The position numbers and the translations under genes are program-made. The notes beneath the pieces are model-generated. The model searched no databases and was not told where the DNA came from. It was given only the letters and a program-made list of their open reading frames with translations. Shown in pieces: positions 52,801 to 64,000 of a stretch of DNA of 64,000 nt. The stretch comes from Tilletiaria anomala UBC 951 (Eukaryota), in NCBI RefSeq assembly GCF_000711695.1, contig NW_013547017.1, forward strand, positions 248,001 through 312,000, written 5' to 3'. Numbering within the stretch: the stretch's first letter is position 1; each line of letters starts with the position of its first letter.

Positions 52801-54199
52801 ACAAGCTCCATAGAGTCCAAGTCTGTCCAAACTGCTCGTAATGATATTCACATATACCCGTGTGCTATATACTGTGTAGAATCTGTACTCGTATATACAA
52901 TTTGTACAGGCATACATAGGATGAGAAATGGTCTCCTTCGCAGCTCCGCGGATCATTTCTTCGATTTGATTGGTGCTTGTGGCATGCGAGGAAAGGCCAC
53001 CAGGTCAATGAGTTTTCCTTCAGACTCAGCGCCAGAAGTGCTCTGGAATCTGGGGTAATAGTCAAAGTCCCGGCGCCAGCAAGCTGGGAGCTGTGTCAGT
53101 GCGCAGTGAGGTTACCATATGTACAAGCAGTCGGCGACGGTCTAGTTGGTCAGTGATCGATCGGCAACCACATACCCAGTCAGGCAATAGACTGTTATCG
53201 ACAATGCACACCAGCGCATGCATTAACTCATTCTATTCATCGAGCATATCCTTGTACAGTGTACAGTCTGTTCAATGGTCATCCTCTTTTCTTGTCCCTT
53301 GCGGCTTGCTGGCCCTTACCTATCGGAGCATTGAAGGGGATTATTGCTGCGGGTGAACTGGATGAAAAAGTGCACGGCATTAGACATGGCACAAACCAAC
53401 TTGTTGTTTGGGCTGCACTCGGCACCTAGCCCACGAACCTCGACAGACCATGAAACGTCTCACTAGTATCGAAACGCACTCGAGTATCTACTAGCGCCGT
53501 GTCCCCCACAGGTTCACTCGGCGATTCGAGGATCTCCCATGGCGGCCAGCGAATGGAGCCATCTTGGATCGTGGTTGGCTATTTTTAGCTAAGGAGAGCT
53601 GCTGGAGATTGGACAGTCCAGGGCGAACACTGGAGAGCATTTGAAAGGATTCAGGCGTCCACTTGCGTCCAGGCGGCTCCAGCGCTGGCGGTGAATGTGC
53701 AGCTCAATAAAGGGATTGATTAAAAATTAAGGCCATCCATTCCCGCTCGTAATTCGTTTCCCATCAAAGGCGCAAAGAGGCCCCGCAATCACAAACCCCG
53801 CGCATCATACCTGTGATCAAGCTCCATGTTCTATTCACGTCGTCACGCGCATAATGAAATGCGACGACATTTATTAACGAATTGCATCTGTCTTCACCGT
53901 GTATCTTTGGAGGCTGCAGATGAGTTTGGTGCCACTTTTCGAAGCAGCCACCTCACCTGACGAGATCTTCCCTTTGGGTGGTCAGTGCATATAATGTCAT
54001 CGTTAGCAAGCTGGGATTGAGCAGGAAAGAGTCGATAAGAGATCGATGTTATGAATACAGATTTGATGGTAGATATCACAGCGTCATTAAGAAGGCTCGC
54101 GGTGGATCGGGGTATCATGCAGATCGAAGGGAAGGTGTAAGCTCAACATCTTCGGTACATTGATCGAAACAGCCGTGAAGGGGGAAGCGTTGCAGGCGT

Positions 54200-56692
54200 T
54201 CAAGTTGCAGCAGCACCGGGCGAAGGGACATCATGAGCCTTATCGGACTTATTGCTCTTAAAGCCCTCCTTGACATGGTGAATCCTGCTCTCGAAGTCCT
54301 TCATGTGGAGCATCGACAGGTGCTCACGCTTCGCCTCCCATCGCGGAGGCGGCGACCGCACGGCGTACGACTTGGTCACACCACGGCCTTTGCCTTGCTC
54401 GACACGAATGTCGAACTCCAGCTCGGACGATGAGGGGTCGTACGATACGGCGCACCAGTTGCGGTTACCCATGATGCTGGAGTAGCAGAAGCGTTGCATG
54501 TCAGGATGCTTCACAGAGAGTACGCCAAGCGCTGCGGACTGCGCACACTCACAACTTGTTGTTCTGATTATTCCCATTGACGTCCTTGTCAAAGAGCGGA
54601 ACCATTGCCTCCTTTGTGCCTCGGTAGAACAAGCTTCTGTGCTTTTTTCTAGCTAGGCGGTTGAGCATGTTGATGACCGCTAGCGGAGGTGGGGCATTTA
54701 CAATCGCACTGGTGATCACAGCGAGCATGTACTTGGGATCCGTAGACGGGTTGTGCTGGTGGTAGCCTACGTGATCGGCTGGAACATGTAAGCGCGAGCC
54801 ATCATTTCAGAGGATACAACGCTCTCAGTGATACGCACCAAAGAAAACTCCGACACCTGATGGATTTCGCGTAATGAAAAAGGAAAGGTGAAAATGTTGT
54901 CAGCACGCATACAGACGGAGCTGGTACCAGTGCGTATGCTTGCCATCTCTCACTCACCAGCCGCGTGAACATCACCACTGATAAAGCTGACGCGCAACCG
55001 CTTTTCGCACGCCACCTCCTGTATGCGTTCCACGAGCCAGTTCCTCTCGTGCTTATGCGGACCGGCGCACCAATGATCGCCGAGGTCGTCAAGCAGTTCG
55101 GCCTGGCCGTTGAAGTTGTTCGTGAAACTCGGCGAGATGCCCTTGGCGAGCAAGATCAACGGGTTGAACGACGACGCGAGCGTCTTTTCCAGAAATACCA
55201 TGCGCGGGTACGCGAGCGGCACACCCAGTAGGATGATCAGGTGCTCCACGCCATGTGGCAGCGTGTGCACGCGCTTGAGCACCTTGTTGTATGTCGCGCG
55301 GCTGACGATCTGGTCAATCTTGCGCTCAGAGCGACAGTCGACCATGAGGATCCATTGGCTCGGACCAAGGTAGCTGAGGAAGCTGTGATTGCGGATATTC
55401 TTCAAGTACGGTCCAGAGTGCTCGCCAAAAATAATGGACTTGTTCGGGTGCGAGGACTCGGACAAGCCGTCCACTTCGTCGACGATGAATTGTTGGAAAA
55501 GCAAGTAGTAAAAGTACCCTTTGGCACCAATGGCGTTGAAAATCTAGCAAAAGTCATAAGTCAAAGTTAAGAATGGCTAAACTAAGATGAAAGAGAGCAA
55601 TGCCTCACATCGCTCAACATCCAATCGTCATCGTATGTTCCAAACCCGTCAATAAGATCGTGGTCGTCGAGCATGTTCATCATGGGGATCTGCGCGATTG
55701 CCTTGCTGAACGATCCCGAGCCAAACCATTCACAGTACCACGTAAAAAAGAAGCGCTCGATCCCGGCGTCGATCTCTGGTGTCATGGGCATCTTGCTGCG
55801 CTGTTGTGGGTTCTTGCACGTTGTCCACGCATACAGCTCCGGCTCTTTTGTCAGCTTGTCGCAGTAGACTGGACAAGAAGAGATGAAAGTTGAATATAAG
55901 TTTAGGAACAGAGTCGAGAGCATACACCATCAAGGGTTGCATGACCCGATACTAACTCTGGTCTCCTCCTCCGTTAAGCATATGGAACCTTTGCTGCTCA
56001 TGATGCTTAAGCAGATCGTCCCATAGTGGATTGGCTCCATTCCACTCTTCGGCATTAATACTCGAGCTGAAGCCATTGCAGCTATGTCCAGCCCACCTGA
56101 AGTTCATCTCCTTCCCAGGCACGATAAAGGTGTACTCCTTGGTTGCGTCCACGCTGTCCGGCTTCTGGTCATTCTTTGCTTGCACTTTCCCTGGCGAGAT
56201 CTGGTACGTCACGGGTGTCTCGATGAGACCGTCGGCAAGGGGAATATTGTATTCGAACCGCCAAAAAGTGTGCGGGCCGCCCTGACCTTTGTAGTGCCAG
56301 ATCTCCTTTCCTTGCACCACCATTTTGCTACCGCTGAGCGTGGGTGCGGACAGAGCCAGGGTGGGTAGAGACGAATAGTCGGACGCAGCATCGTCGGTGA
56401 CGATCATGGCGAACGCGTGGTACACGCCGTCCACCGTTGTGTCGTATTTGAGCATCGGGCCGGCTTTGACCTGAATCTGTCCGGTGCTGGTGACATCATG
56501 TCCCGCTGCGGGTGCTGTAGGATCGCTTCCTGCACTTGCATCTGCGGGTGCGGGTAGAGGATCGATGGCCAGGAGCGCGGCTTGCAGTGGTGGCGCAGCG
56601 ACAGGCTCTGAATAGCCATTGGCGGTGGCTGCAGCCTGGATGTGTGCTGCGGGTGGTGCACCACATGTATCGGAACCTTTGATTTGGGACAT
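54200..56692 (-). CDS. PhoD-like metallophosphatase domain protein
   Basis: Motifs GPMLKYDT, HSCNGFS, GGGDQ(V)YCD, NMLDDHDLIDGFGTY, DCRSER, LGVPLAYPR, LLDDLGDHW, SGDVH and ITSAIVN. Several introns. Confidence 0.85.
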
Positions 56693-57498
56693 GACTGCTG
56701 CTCGCTTGAGATTCCCATGGGTAGAGCAGATGATCGCGGTGAAAGGGTGCTGCTGAGCAGGACACAGTCGTCAATGGCGTCCAGGATGACAAGGGCTTCA
56801 AGTGGAGATAGATGCAAGGATGGAAATAAGATGTACGGCCACTATTCGCAAAAGGGAGACGCCTGCTTGCTGCAATACAATGCTACTCCACTGCCATATC
56901 GTATGTATAAGGATAGATGCAGGGTTGAGGATGGCGGTTGCTCCCTATGCTTGCACCTCTCCCTTCGACGTCCTGGCGGGACACATCCAGCCCCGATGAC
57001 GCAGCGATGACAAATGCCGCTCCAGTTTTCTCCATGGGCAGGGTCCAGCCACCACACAGCACGTGCGCTACGCCGGACTCTCGATGATTGAGAAATTTGG
57101 CTAATTGTGGAGATGCAACGCCGGACATGTTAGGGTTTTTTGCCTCGTGATGGGCGAGAAACGCCAAGCCGGTTTGGCTTCGTCAGTGGCTGCAGGAAAA
57201 GCATTTGCATCTAGGATTGGCATAAGGTGTAACCCTACTCCCCATTTCAGAGAGGAGCATCAGGATCAACAAGTCCCGGGTTCCGTCTTTCCGTGTCGGC
57301 AGCCAACTGCACGAAAAAATTGTGGACACCCGAACGGCGAGGGCGATGAGCTTGCTTCGAGGAAGACTCTCCTTTGTGGTTTGGACATCGCGAAGGTTGG
57401 CGCCGAGGTCTTACCGCCGTATTGATTGCTTTAATCCAAAGAGCAGGACAATTTCTTGTCGAGAAGCATTGTCAACCTCTGGTTCAATTAGCGCAAGC

Positions 57499-58599
57499 AT
57501 GTCTGCCGGGTCCACGTCCGCGGCGGCGGGGCCGTCGTCGGTTTCAATCGAGGTCAAGCAAGGCTCCACGCCTCTGCAGCTCGACGTCGGTTTCATGCTG
57601 TCCGTCGACCCGAATCAGCTCGACGCCTCCAAGCTGTCCTCTTCATCATCAGCAGCAGCACGCGATGCGTACCTCCTCGAACGAGCGCGGAACTCCACCC
57701 AGCACTTGCTCAATAGCATCTTCTCCCTGCCCTTCACCAAGCACGCAGATGTCGGGCCGTTGGCGACGTTGCCGCCCATCCAGCCTTCGTCGCGCATCTG
57801 TGAACCACGAGAAAAGCCGCTGCCAAAGACAGAAAGCAAGCCTCTGACCAAGTGGGAGAAGTTTGCGAAGGCGAAAGGCATCCAGCATCGCAAGAAGGAC
57901 AAGATGGTATGGGATGATGAGCGCAAGGATTGGGTGCCTAGATGGGGTTTCGAAGGCGCGAACAAGGACGAGGAGAATCAGTGGCTGCATGTCATGCCTT
58001 CCAATGCTGGTACGTCACCACCGTTGCCGTTTTTGTTCCTGGAATATCCGTATCTGATCCATCTCGCCTCAATTCTCTCCACGATAGAGGACGGCTACAA
58101 CCCTAGCGCGGCAGCCAAGAAAGTTCTCAAAGAACGAAAGGCGGCGAACGAAGGAAAGCGTCTTAAGAACTTGCAGCGTGCTGCTGCCTCTTCTGCTACA
58201 CCCAGCAACAGCGCGACGGTCTCGGACCGCGCAGCAGCCCGCGAGGTCAAAAAGGCTCAGCTCGAGGGCGACCTCCTGCGGTCGAAGCGCTCGACAGCGT
58301 CAATGGGCCGCTTCGACCGCGCGCTGCCGAACGAAAGCAAGACGTTCAAGACCAAGAGCCTGAAGCGCAAGTTTGAGCCAAACGAAGTTAACACATCCGC
58401 CGAGCGCAGTGTGCAGCTTGGCTTGCTTGGCAAGATGGAGCGCGCGCAGAAAGCCGGTGGAGACAAGGGCCTCGTTAACACGCGCAAGGCGGTCAAGTAC
58501 GCGAGCCAAGGGAGGGGGACTGCTGCGCTTGTTGGACACAGTACCGGGTCGCAGGGAGGCAAGGGCGGTAGCAAGAAGGGCGGGAGAAAGGGCAAGTGA
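57499..58599 (+). CDS. RRS1: Ribosome biogenesis regulator Rrs1
   Basis: Motifs ARNSTQHLLNSIFSLP, PREKPLPK, LTKWEKFAKAKGI, WVPRWGF and STASMGRFD. Intron 58010-58087 (78 nt, in frame). Confidence 0.93.
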   Translation: MSAGSTSAAAGPSSVSIEVKQGSTPLQLDVGFMLSVDPNQLDASKLSSSSSAAARDAYLLERARNSTQHLLNSIFSLPFTKHADVGPLATLPPIQPSSRICEPREKPLPKTESKPLTKWEKFAKAKGIQHRKKDKMVWDDERKDWVPRWGFEGANKDEENQWLHVMPSNAGTSPPLPFLFLEYPYLIHLASILSTIEDGYNPSAAAKKVLKERKAANEGKRLKNLQRAAASSATPSNSATVSDRAAAREVKKAQLEGDLLRSKRSTASMGRFDRALPNESKTFKTKSLKRKFEPNEVNTSAERSVQLGLLGKMERAQKAGGDKGLVNTRKAVKYASQGRGTAALVGHSTGSQGGKGGSKKGGRKGK

Positions 58600-58745
58600 T
58601 AGTTGGCCTGCCTGCGCCTTTCCTTTCTCAGCTTTGATCACACGGTCCGCATTCATAGCAGCTCATGTACAATAGCCAGCATCAGCAAAAGAGGACATTT
58701 GTCTATAATAGCAATGTGGAGTGGGCGCAATAAGATATCACACGA

Positions 58746-61037
58746 TCATGCGCCAAGCTGGGCAGCCTCCCATTCCATCATGCTTCCTTTGCTATGTGTC
58801 GTATGTAGCCCGTTCTCGAAATGCGCGCGATCGAGTGACGCTGTGCGTCCACTCATCGCTTTGCCCCGCTCGAATTCTTCTTTCTCGACTTCTGCGCCCT
58901 TCTTGTCTCCGGCATTTCTATCAAATGTACTTGGACTTGCTTGCTGTCGCTCGCTTTTCTTGCCCCAACCCCCGCCGCCGGGAGTGTGAATGATGATCCG
59001 GTCACCTCGGCCCATGCGTGCGGTCGTCTTGGCGCCTAGATTGATGATGCGCGGTGGCTGGCGGACTTTACCGTTCTCATCCATGACCTTCTCCTGCTTG
59101 CGCCTCTTCGCTGTTCCATCGCTTTGCCCGCCATCTCCGGCGCTGGCGCTGGCGTCGACGCCGACGCCGTCATCGTCTCGATCCTCGTCATCATCAAGCA
59201 AGTCACCATCCTCCTCTCTCCGCTGCTTGACCCACAGATTCAGACCAGTCTTGGCGTCCTCGCCGCCTTCTAAGCCGAAGGGCCGATAGACGCGCCGCTC
59301 AGACAGAATTGACACCTGGATCGACGGAGAGTGGAACTCAATCTCACGGATCACACCATCGCCGCCTCTATACAGCCCATCGCCGCCTGACCCGGTGCGC
59401 AAGGAGAATTGCCGGATCATCACAGGGTAGCGCCGTTCCATGATTTCTGGGTCACTGTGCGGTTCGTTTGAAGGTTGTAAAGAAGGTGAGTGCTTCATTG
59501 CGAAAATAATGCAATGAAAAAGGCGTAGAACTCACGTGATGCGAGTGTTTGTCATGTGTGTGTGCACGCCGCTTGTCCCGTGCCAAGAGGGCCCAGCACC
59601 GGATCCACCAGCGATGGTCTCGTAGTAGCCAAAGCCCTCGACGTGGTTTCCATCTTTGTCGCGGCCTCCGAGGCCAAAAGTCAAGCTTTACACCGCACAA
59701 AGATATGATGTCAGTTTGCGTCTTGTCACGTAAAATGCTCGAACCTCCCTAGGGGTCGGCACACTCACTTGTTCGTACAACCTTGACTCGCTGCGACGGC
59801 TTTGAAAGCCTTGAGCACGACATCCGTGATCCTTTGACTAGTGAGCACATTGCCTCCGACAACTGCCGCGCTATCGCTTGGATCCAACAGGCTCCCCTTT
59901 GGGATGCGGACTTCGATCGGCGTTAGGCACCCCTGGTTGAGTGGAATGTCCATGCTGACCATACTTCGCAAGCAGTAGATGATGGCAGAATGCGAGACGC
60001 TTTTGGGGCAATTCCAGTTCCCCTGCACTTCTGGACCCGTGCCTTCAAAGTCAAAGATGGCCGAGCCTGCTGAAGGATCAATCGTCACCCGCAATTCGAT
60101 GGGCGTCCCGTCGTCCATATATTCAATGGCATGCAGCGAATTCGTGCCTTGGCGCTTTGACACGTCGCGCAGCAGGTTCCGAACCGCTAGTTCGGCATTG
60201 TTGCGTATGTGAAGCATGTACTGGATACGTCGTCGAAAGTAGAATGGTCATAATCAGCAGTGAGCCCGGCCTGCATTGGGAACAAGGCATGCGCACCTCC
60301 TGCACCGTCCCTAACCCCCACTCCTCGACGAGCATCTGGATGAGGTTGATACCCTTTTGGTTCGCCGCGATTTGTGCCTGAAGATCGCTCTCTACATCGC
60401 GAATACAGCGACTTCCTGAGCAGCCGGGGTACTTGCTCGGATCTTCGAGCATATGCTTTATGAGCCCGTGGCGATCATACTCGCCCTGACTGACTATTTT
60501 GAAGGACTTGATCTGGGCGCCTTCTTCGTACAGCGTCTTGCTCGTGGGCGGCATAGAGCCCGGAAGGATCCCACCAATGTCGGCATGGTGACCGCGGGAG
60601 GCAGTGAAGAAGATAACCTCATCTCGATCCTCTGCAAAGACAGGCGTTATGCAAGTCATGTCTGGCAAATGGCTTCCCCCGGCTGCCGGGTGATTTGCGA
60701 GGATGACATCGCCGCGCTGGATCCCATCACCTCCGTTCGCTTGGGCAAGGTGTGCAATCTGGTAGCGCACGGCGAAGCTCATGCTTCCCAAGTGGACGGG
60801 TAAGTGCGGCGCATTGGCCACGAGCGATCCGTCCGGCGAGAAGAGAGCGCAAGAGAAATCGAGGCGCTCCTTGATGTTGGTGGAGATGCTGGTCTGTTGC
60901 AGCGAGCGCCCCATAGCCTCCGCAACAGAAATGAAGCGATTTGCAAAGAGAGACAGCAGAATCGGGTCCGCCTCTTTGCTGTTCTTGCTGGATGGCCCAC
61001 CTCGTTGCCCTGGGCCGACGCCCGCCATTTTACTCAT
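58746..61037 (-). CDS. 5-oxoprolinase, hydantoinase-B (C-terminal) half only
   Basis: Motifs [105 protein letters not shown] and TPGGGGWG. Three introns. Confidence 0.88.
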
Positions 61038-62891
61038 CTTGGCTTGATACAAGAAGATTGCCCAGCAACCGAGCAGAGCAATGTGCTTGCCCTTGCGTAC
61101 AGATTCCGTGCCGCGATGTCGACCCGTTGAGAGAGGCCAATTTGTACGAGGGGTCCGATAAGCTTCCTAAGCTGGCTACGTCGTAACCGTGGTGGGCATG
61201 AACACCATCAGCAGGCTGCAAATAGCGAAGTGGTGACGTTGTGTCCGTCCGATACAGCCGATAGGCTTGACGCGTCTGAGCGGTGTTACGCTTGTACCCA
61301 TTGTGCCACTTGTAAATCCAGCTGTTGAGGAGAGGACGCGTCGAGTTGTTCTAGGATTCGGTGCAACAGCTGGACGCGGGGCGCGTTCCTGGGCGCGGTC
61401 TTGGAAACAACACGAGCATCGCAATTGTCCCCGTGGTGCGCGCCTCCTTGCAGCCTCTTGCTCGCTAATAAAGGAGTGCCCCCTTGATCACTCTGACTCT
61501 CGCCAGAACTGTGCATGGTGGACTGCTTCACTGTTGCTGCTTCCCCCTGGGGTAGCTCCGTTATGCTTCTCTCGAAATGTAGACGGTCAGCTCGCGGCTC
61601 GTAGTCTGCCAACTCTCGCCACACAGCGAAAACTTGCGTGCAGGGTCAAGGGTTGCAAGCCACATCCTCTCCTCCCTCCCTCGTCCCCCTCCCCCTTTGA
61701 CCGCATGATACATACGATACAAAGTATCTCGCCTGTGTCCTTGCAGACCTGGTCCTTGTTCTGAAACAGCAGCCAAGAGAAGCAAATCCGAGGCGATATG
61801 CCCTCGAGCTGGACACTTTTGGACGTCCTGTTTACCAGATTGCGGCTCTCTGTGCCAATGTAGCCTGCAAGTCTATGGCGGGGATGAATCCATCTTGATG
61901 AGAGTCAATGAAGACTCTCCGCAGCGACGACTGTCCTTTTCACTGACATCGCCACGCCTATCGGGCTGCCCAGTGCCGGAACATTCGAAAGCAAGACGGC
62001 CGCTTCGACGCTGACTTCCTGTACGTCGTCGAATGTCGACAGTCCCACACAGCGCCGTTCGTTCTTCTTTTCAAGTTGCTCGTCGTTTTCCATGTTCGCC
62101 GCCACCGGCCACAGTGTCCCCGCAAATACATACACTGATGCGCAGAAATTCTTGCGGCAGCCTGATCGACTTTCGATTGTTCGTTGAAAACACCTGACCC
62201 CAGTCTGTCTGCACCAGTTGCCAAGCAGCAAGTATTGATGGCAAACAGTGATAGACAACAGCAACTGCCGCTTATACCACAGACAATCCCGTAGCTGACG
62301 AAGCGGAGACAGTGACACTACAGCGACAACTGTGGCTTATGGCCACTGTGTGGTTTCAGCCTTCAGGGACAAACACTCGGCGTAACATCTAAAGAGCGTC
62401 GCCTTGCTGGATAGCCCCTTCATCGCCCCCTCCCCCTCCCCCGTTCCCGCCTTCAGCACCAGGTGCTCTCCTGGATCGTCCGTCCGTTCAAGTTGATCTC
62501 ACCATCGAACCATCCACCATCGATCACCTTCACTTTTGCATGACCGGTGATACACACGACTTCGTCCTCGGCATCGTCTACCCATCGCGCGGCTACATAT
62601 ACACTTCATCACTACTCAGCGGCTTTCAAACTGTGTTCCTTTCAAGGGTAAGCATCATTCTGCTTGCACATCGGGGACCCTTCACAGTGTTTGCGAGCTT
62701 GACAGGGTGAGTAAGGCGTATACCGTTTGTGATGGAGTGTCTCTATTAGTTGTGCTTTTCTTATTGACGACTCCTCTATGTCTTCGAAACAGCTTTCTTT
62801 CTCGCATCACTCAGTCCGCTCGTTCATCATCATCACTCCAAGCCTGAATCGGATTAGCTTTCTCACAAACATCCCAGAGTCCTCGCTCAAG

Positions 62892-63398
62892 ATGAAGGCC
62901 GCCCCTCACCTGACGCTCGTACTCGCCGCCTGTCTTGTGTTGATGCTCGGCGCTGCGTCTGTCATCGCTGCTCCTAGCAAGTCCGCCACAGAGATTGGTC
63001 CTGACCACGGCGCCCCACCAGCCGGCCAAACTTTCGTAGGCAGCGGTCCGTCACCAGCTTGGAAGCGCGATCCTAGCCCTGAGCCAAAGTCGGCCAAGAA
63101 GAAGACCAAGGCGCACCATCATCACAAGGGGGCGCATAAGTCAAAGGGCAGTGACAAGAAGAAGGTCGAGCACAAGGCGGGAGAGAGAAAAACTACGCAG
63201 CCCGCTGCTCCGGCTTCAGACTATGGCTTTTGGGGAGGCGGGCCTAGTCCTTCGTGGAAGAAGCGAGAGGCGGACGACGCTGAGGAACAGGTGCCAACGG
63301 AGGACTTTGGCTTCGTGGGTGTTGGACTGAGCCAAGGAATCAAGCGTGACGAGGCCGAAGGCATGATCAAGCTCGTCAAGCGCGGCACAGTAGTCTGA
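62892..63398 (+). CDS. Secreted KEX2-processed repeat protein (KEP; peptide/RiPP precursor), 168 aa
   Basis: Signal peptide MKAAPHLTLVLAACLVLMLGAASVIA. Three related cores FVGSGPSPAW-KR, YGFWGGGPSPSW-KKR and FGFVGVGLSQGI-KR. STE13-type spacers DPSPEP and EA follow KR sites. Confidence 0.8.
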   Translation: MKAAPHLTLVLAACLVLMLGAASVIAAPSKSATEIGPDHGAPPAGQTFVGSGPSPAWKRDPSPEPKSAKKKTKAHHHHKGAHKSKGSDKKKVEHKAGERKTTQPAAPASDYGFWGGGPSPSWKKREADDAEEQVPTEDFGFVGVGLSQGIKRDEAEGMIKLVKRGTVV

Positions 63399-64000
63399 GC
63401 AGCAACGTACCTCATGGTTAACCGCGTCACCATCACAGCGTCACCGACATCGTCAGCATTGTCGCCCTCGTCAGGTTCGCCTTCAGTTCCCCAGTGCGGC
63501 GCGCCGATCTTTCGCTAAAGAATTTCGTCGTGCTCGGGCCCAGCTCTCCGAAGCCTTGGGCCGGAGCATCGATATGTTAACATACCGACTTCAATGCGCC
63601 ACCAGTTACTCCAACAGTACCTTCTCAAACCCCTTTTACACGGGCAACCTGCCCGAGATACATTCACTTCTTCGTTTCCTTCTCTCACTATCCTTGTAAG
63701 CTGGAAAGGTGATAAGACCTTTCATTCCGCCTTCCTTCTCTTTTCTTTTTCGTATCCAAATGATAACAAGCTTAGACTTGTTTTCGGCCATCGGGCTTGG
63801 TATGAGCGGGCCTCAATGCCGGCCTCTCAAGCATGGAACGACGGTTCTCGGATCCCGGTGTATCGTATACATATCCCGCTCATTCGCCTAGGAATACACA
63901 GATTTATCCACTATTCCCGGCAATGCGCGAGTTGAGTAGTGCGGCTAACGGACGTCATTCGTGCGCGGCAGCTCTCATCGTGCAGCGGAGGCGGTGGATG

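Noticed and set aside
50300..53900. Genes or transposon in the 3.6-kb intergenic region
   Set aside because: Only short ORFs without recognisable domains or terminal repeats; cannot be supported.
12310..63398. One biosynthetic cluster linking the oxidase, OPT, phosphatases and peptide precursors
   Set aside because: These genes are separated by many housekeeping genes, and no DUF3328, NRPS or PKS is present in the window.
1..64000. CRISPR arrays, rRNA, telomeric repeats
   Set aside because: None seen; this is eukaryotic gene-dense DNA.

Overview
Intron-rich, GC-rich fungal genomic DNA, most likely a basidiomycete of the Ustilaginomycotina type (inferred from protein similarity and intron style). 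It carries about 17 recognisable genes: complex I NDUFB10 subunit, CorA/Alr1-like transporter, GPI-type acid phosphatase, multicopper oxidase, UTP7, OPT transporter, isovaleryl-CoA dehydrogenase, RPE1, RBM39-like, IST3, MIM2, KHA1, SMP/C2 (Mug190-like) protein, PhoD-like phosphatase, RRS1 and a 5-oxoprolinase half-gene. Most notable: (1) a secreted KEX2/STE13-processed repeat precursor (KEP, RiPP-like) at 62892-63398; (2) a spliced 41-aa two-cysteine secreted peptide gene at 27859-28076 that the ORF track only partly captures; (3) a 5-oxoprolinase consisting of the hydantoinase-B half only; (4) a CorA-family protein with SFN in place of the GMN motif; (5) Tourist/PIF-Harbinger-like inverted-repeat elements; (6) decayed genes broken by stops compatible with C-to-T changes. 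Exon boundaries were read by eye and no database searches were run.
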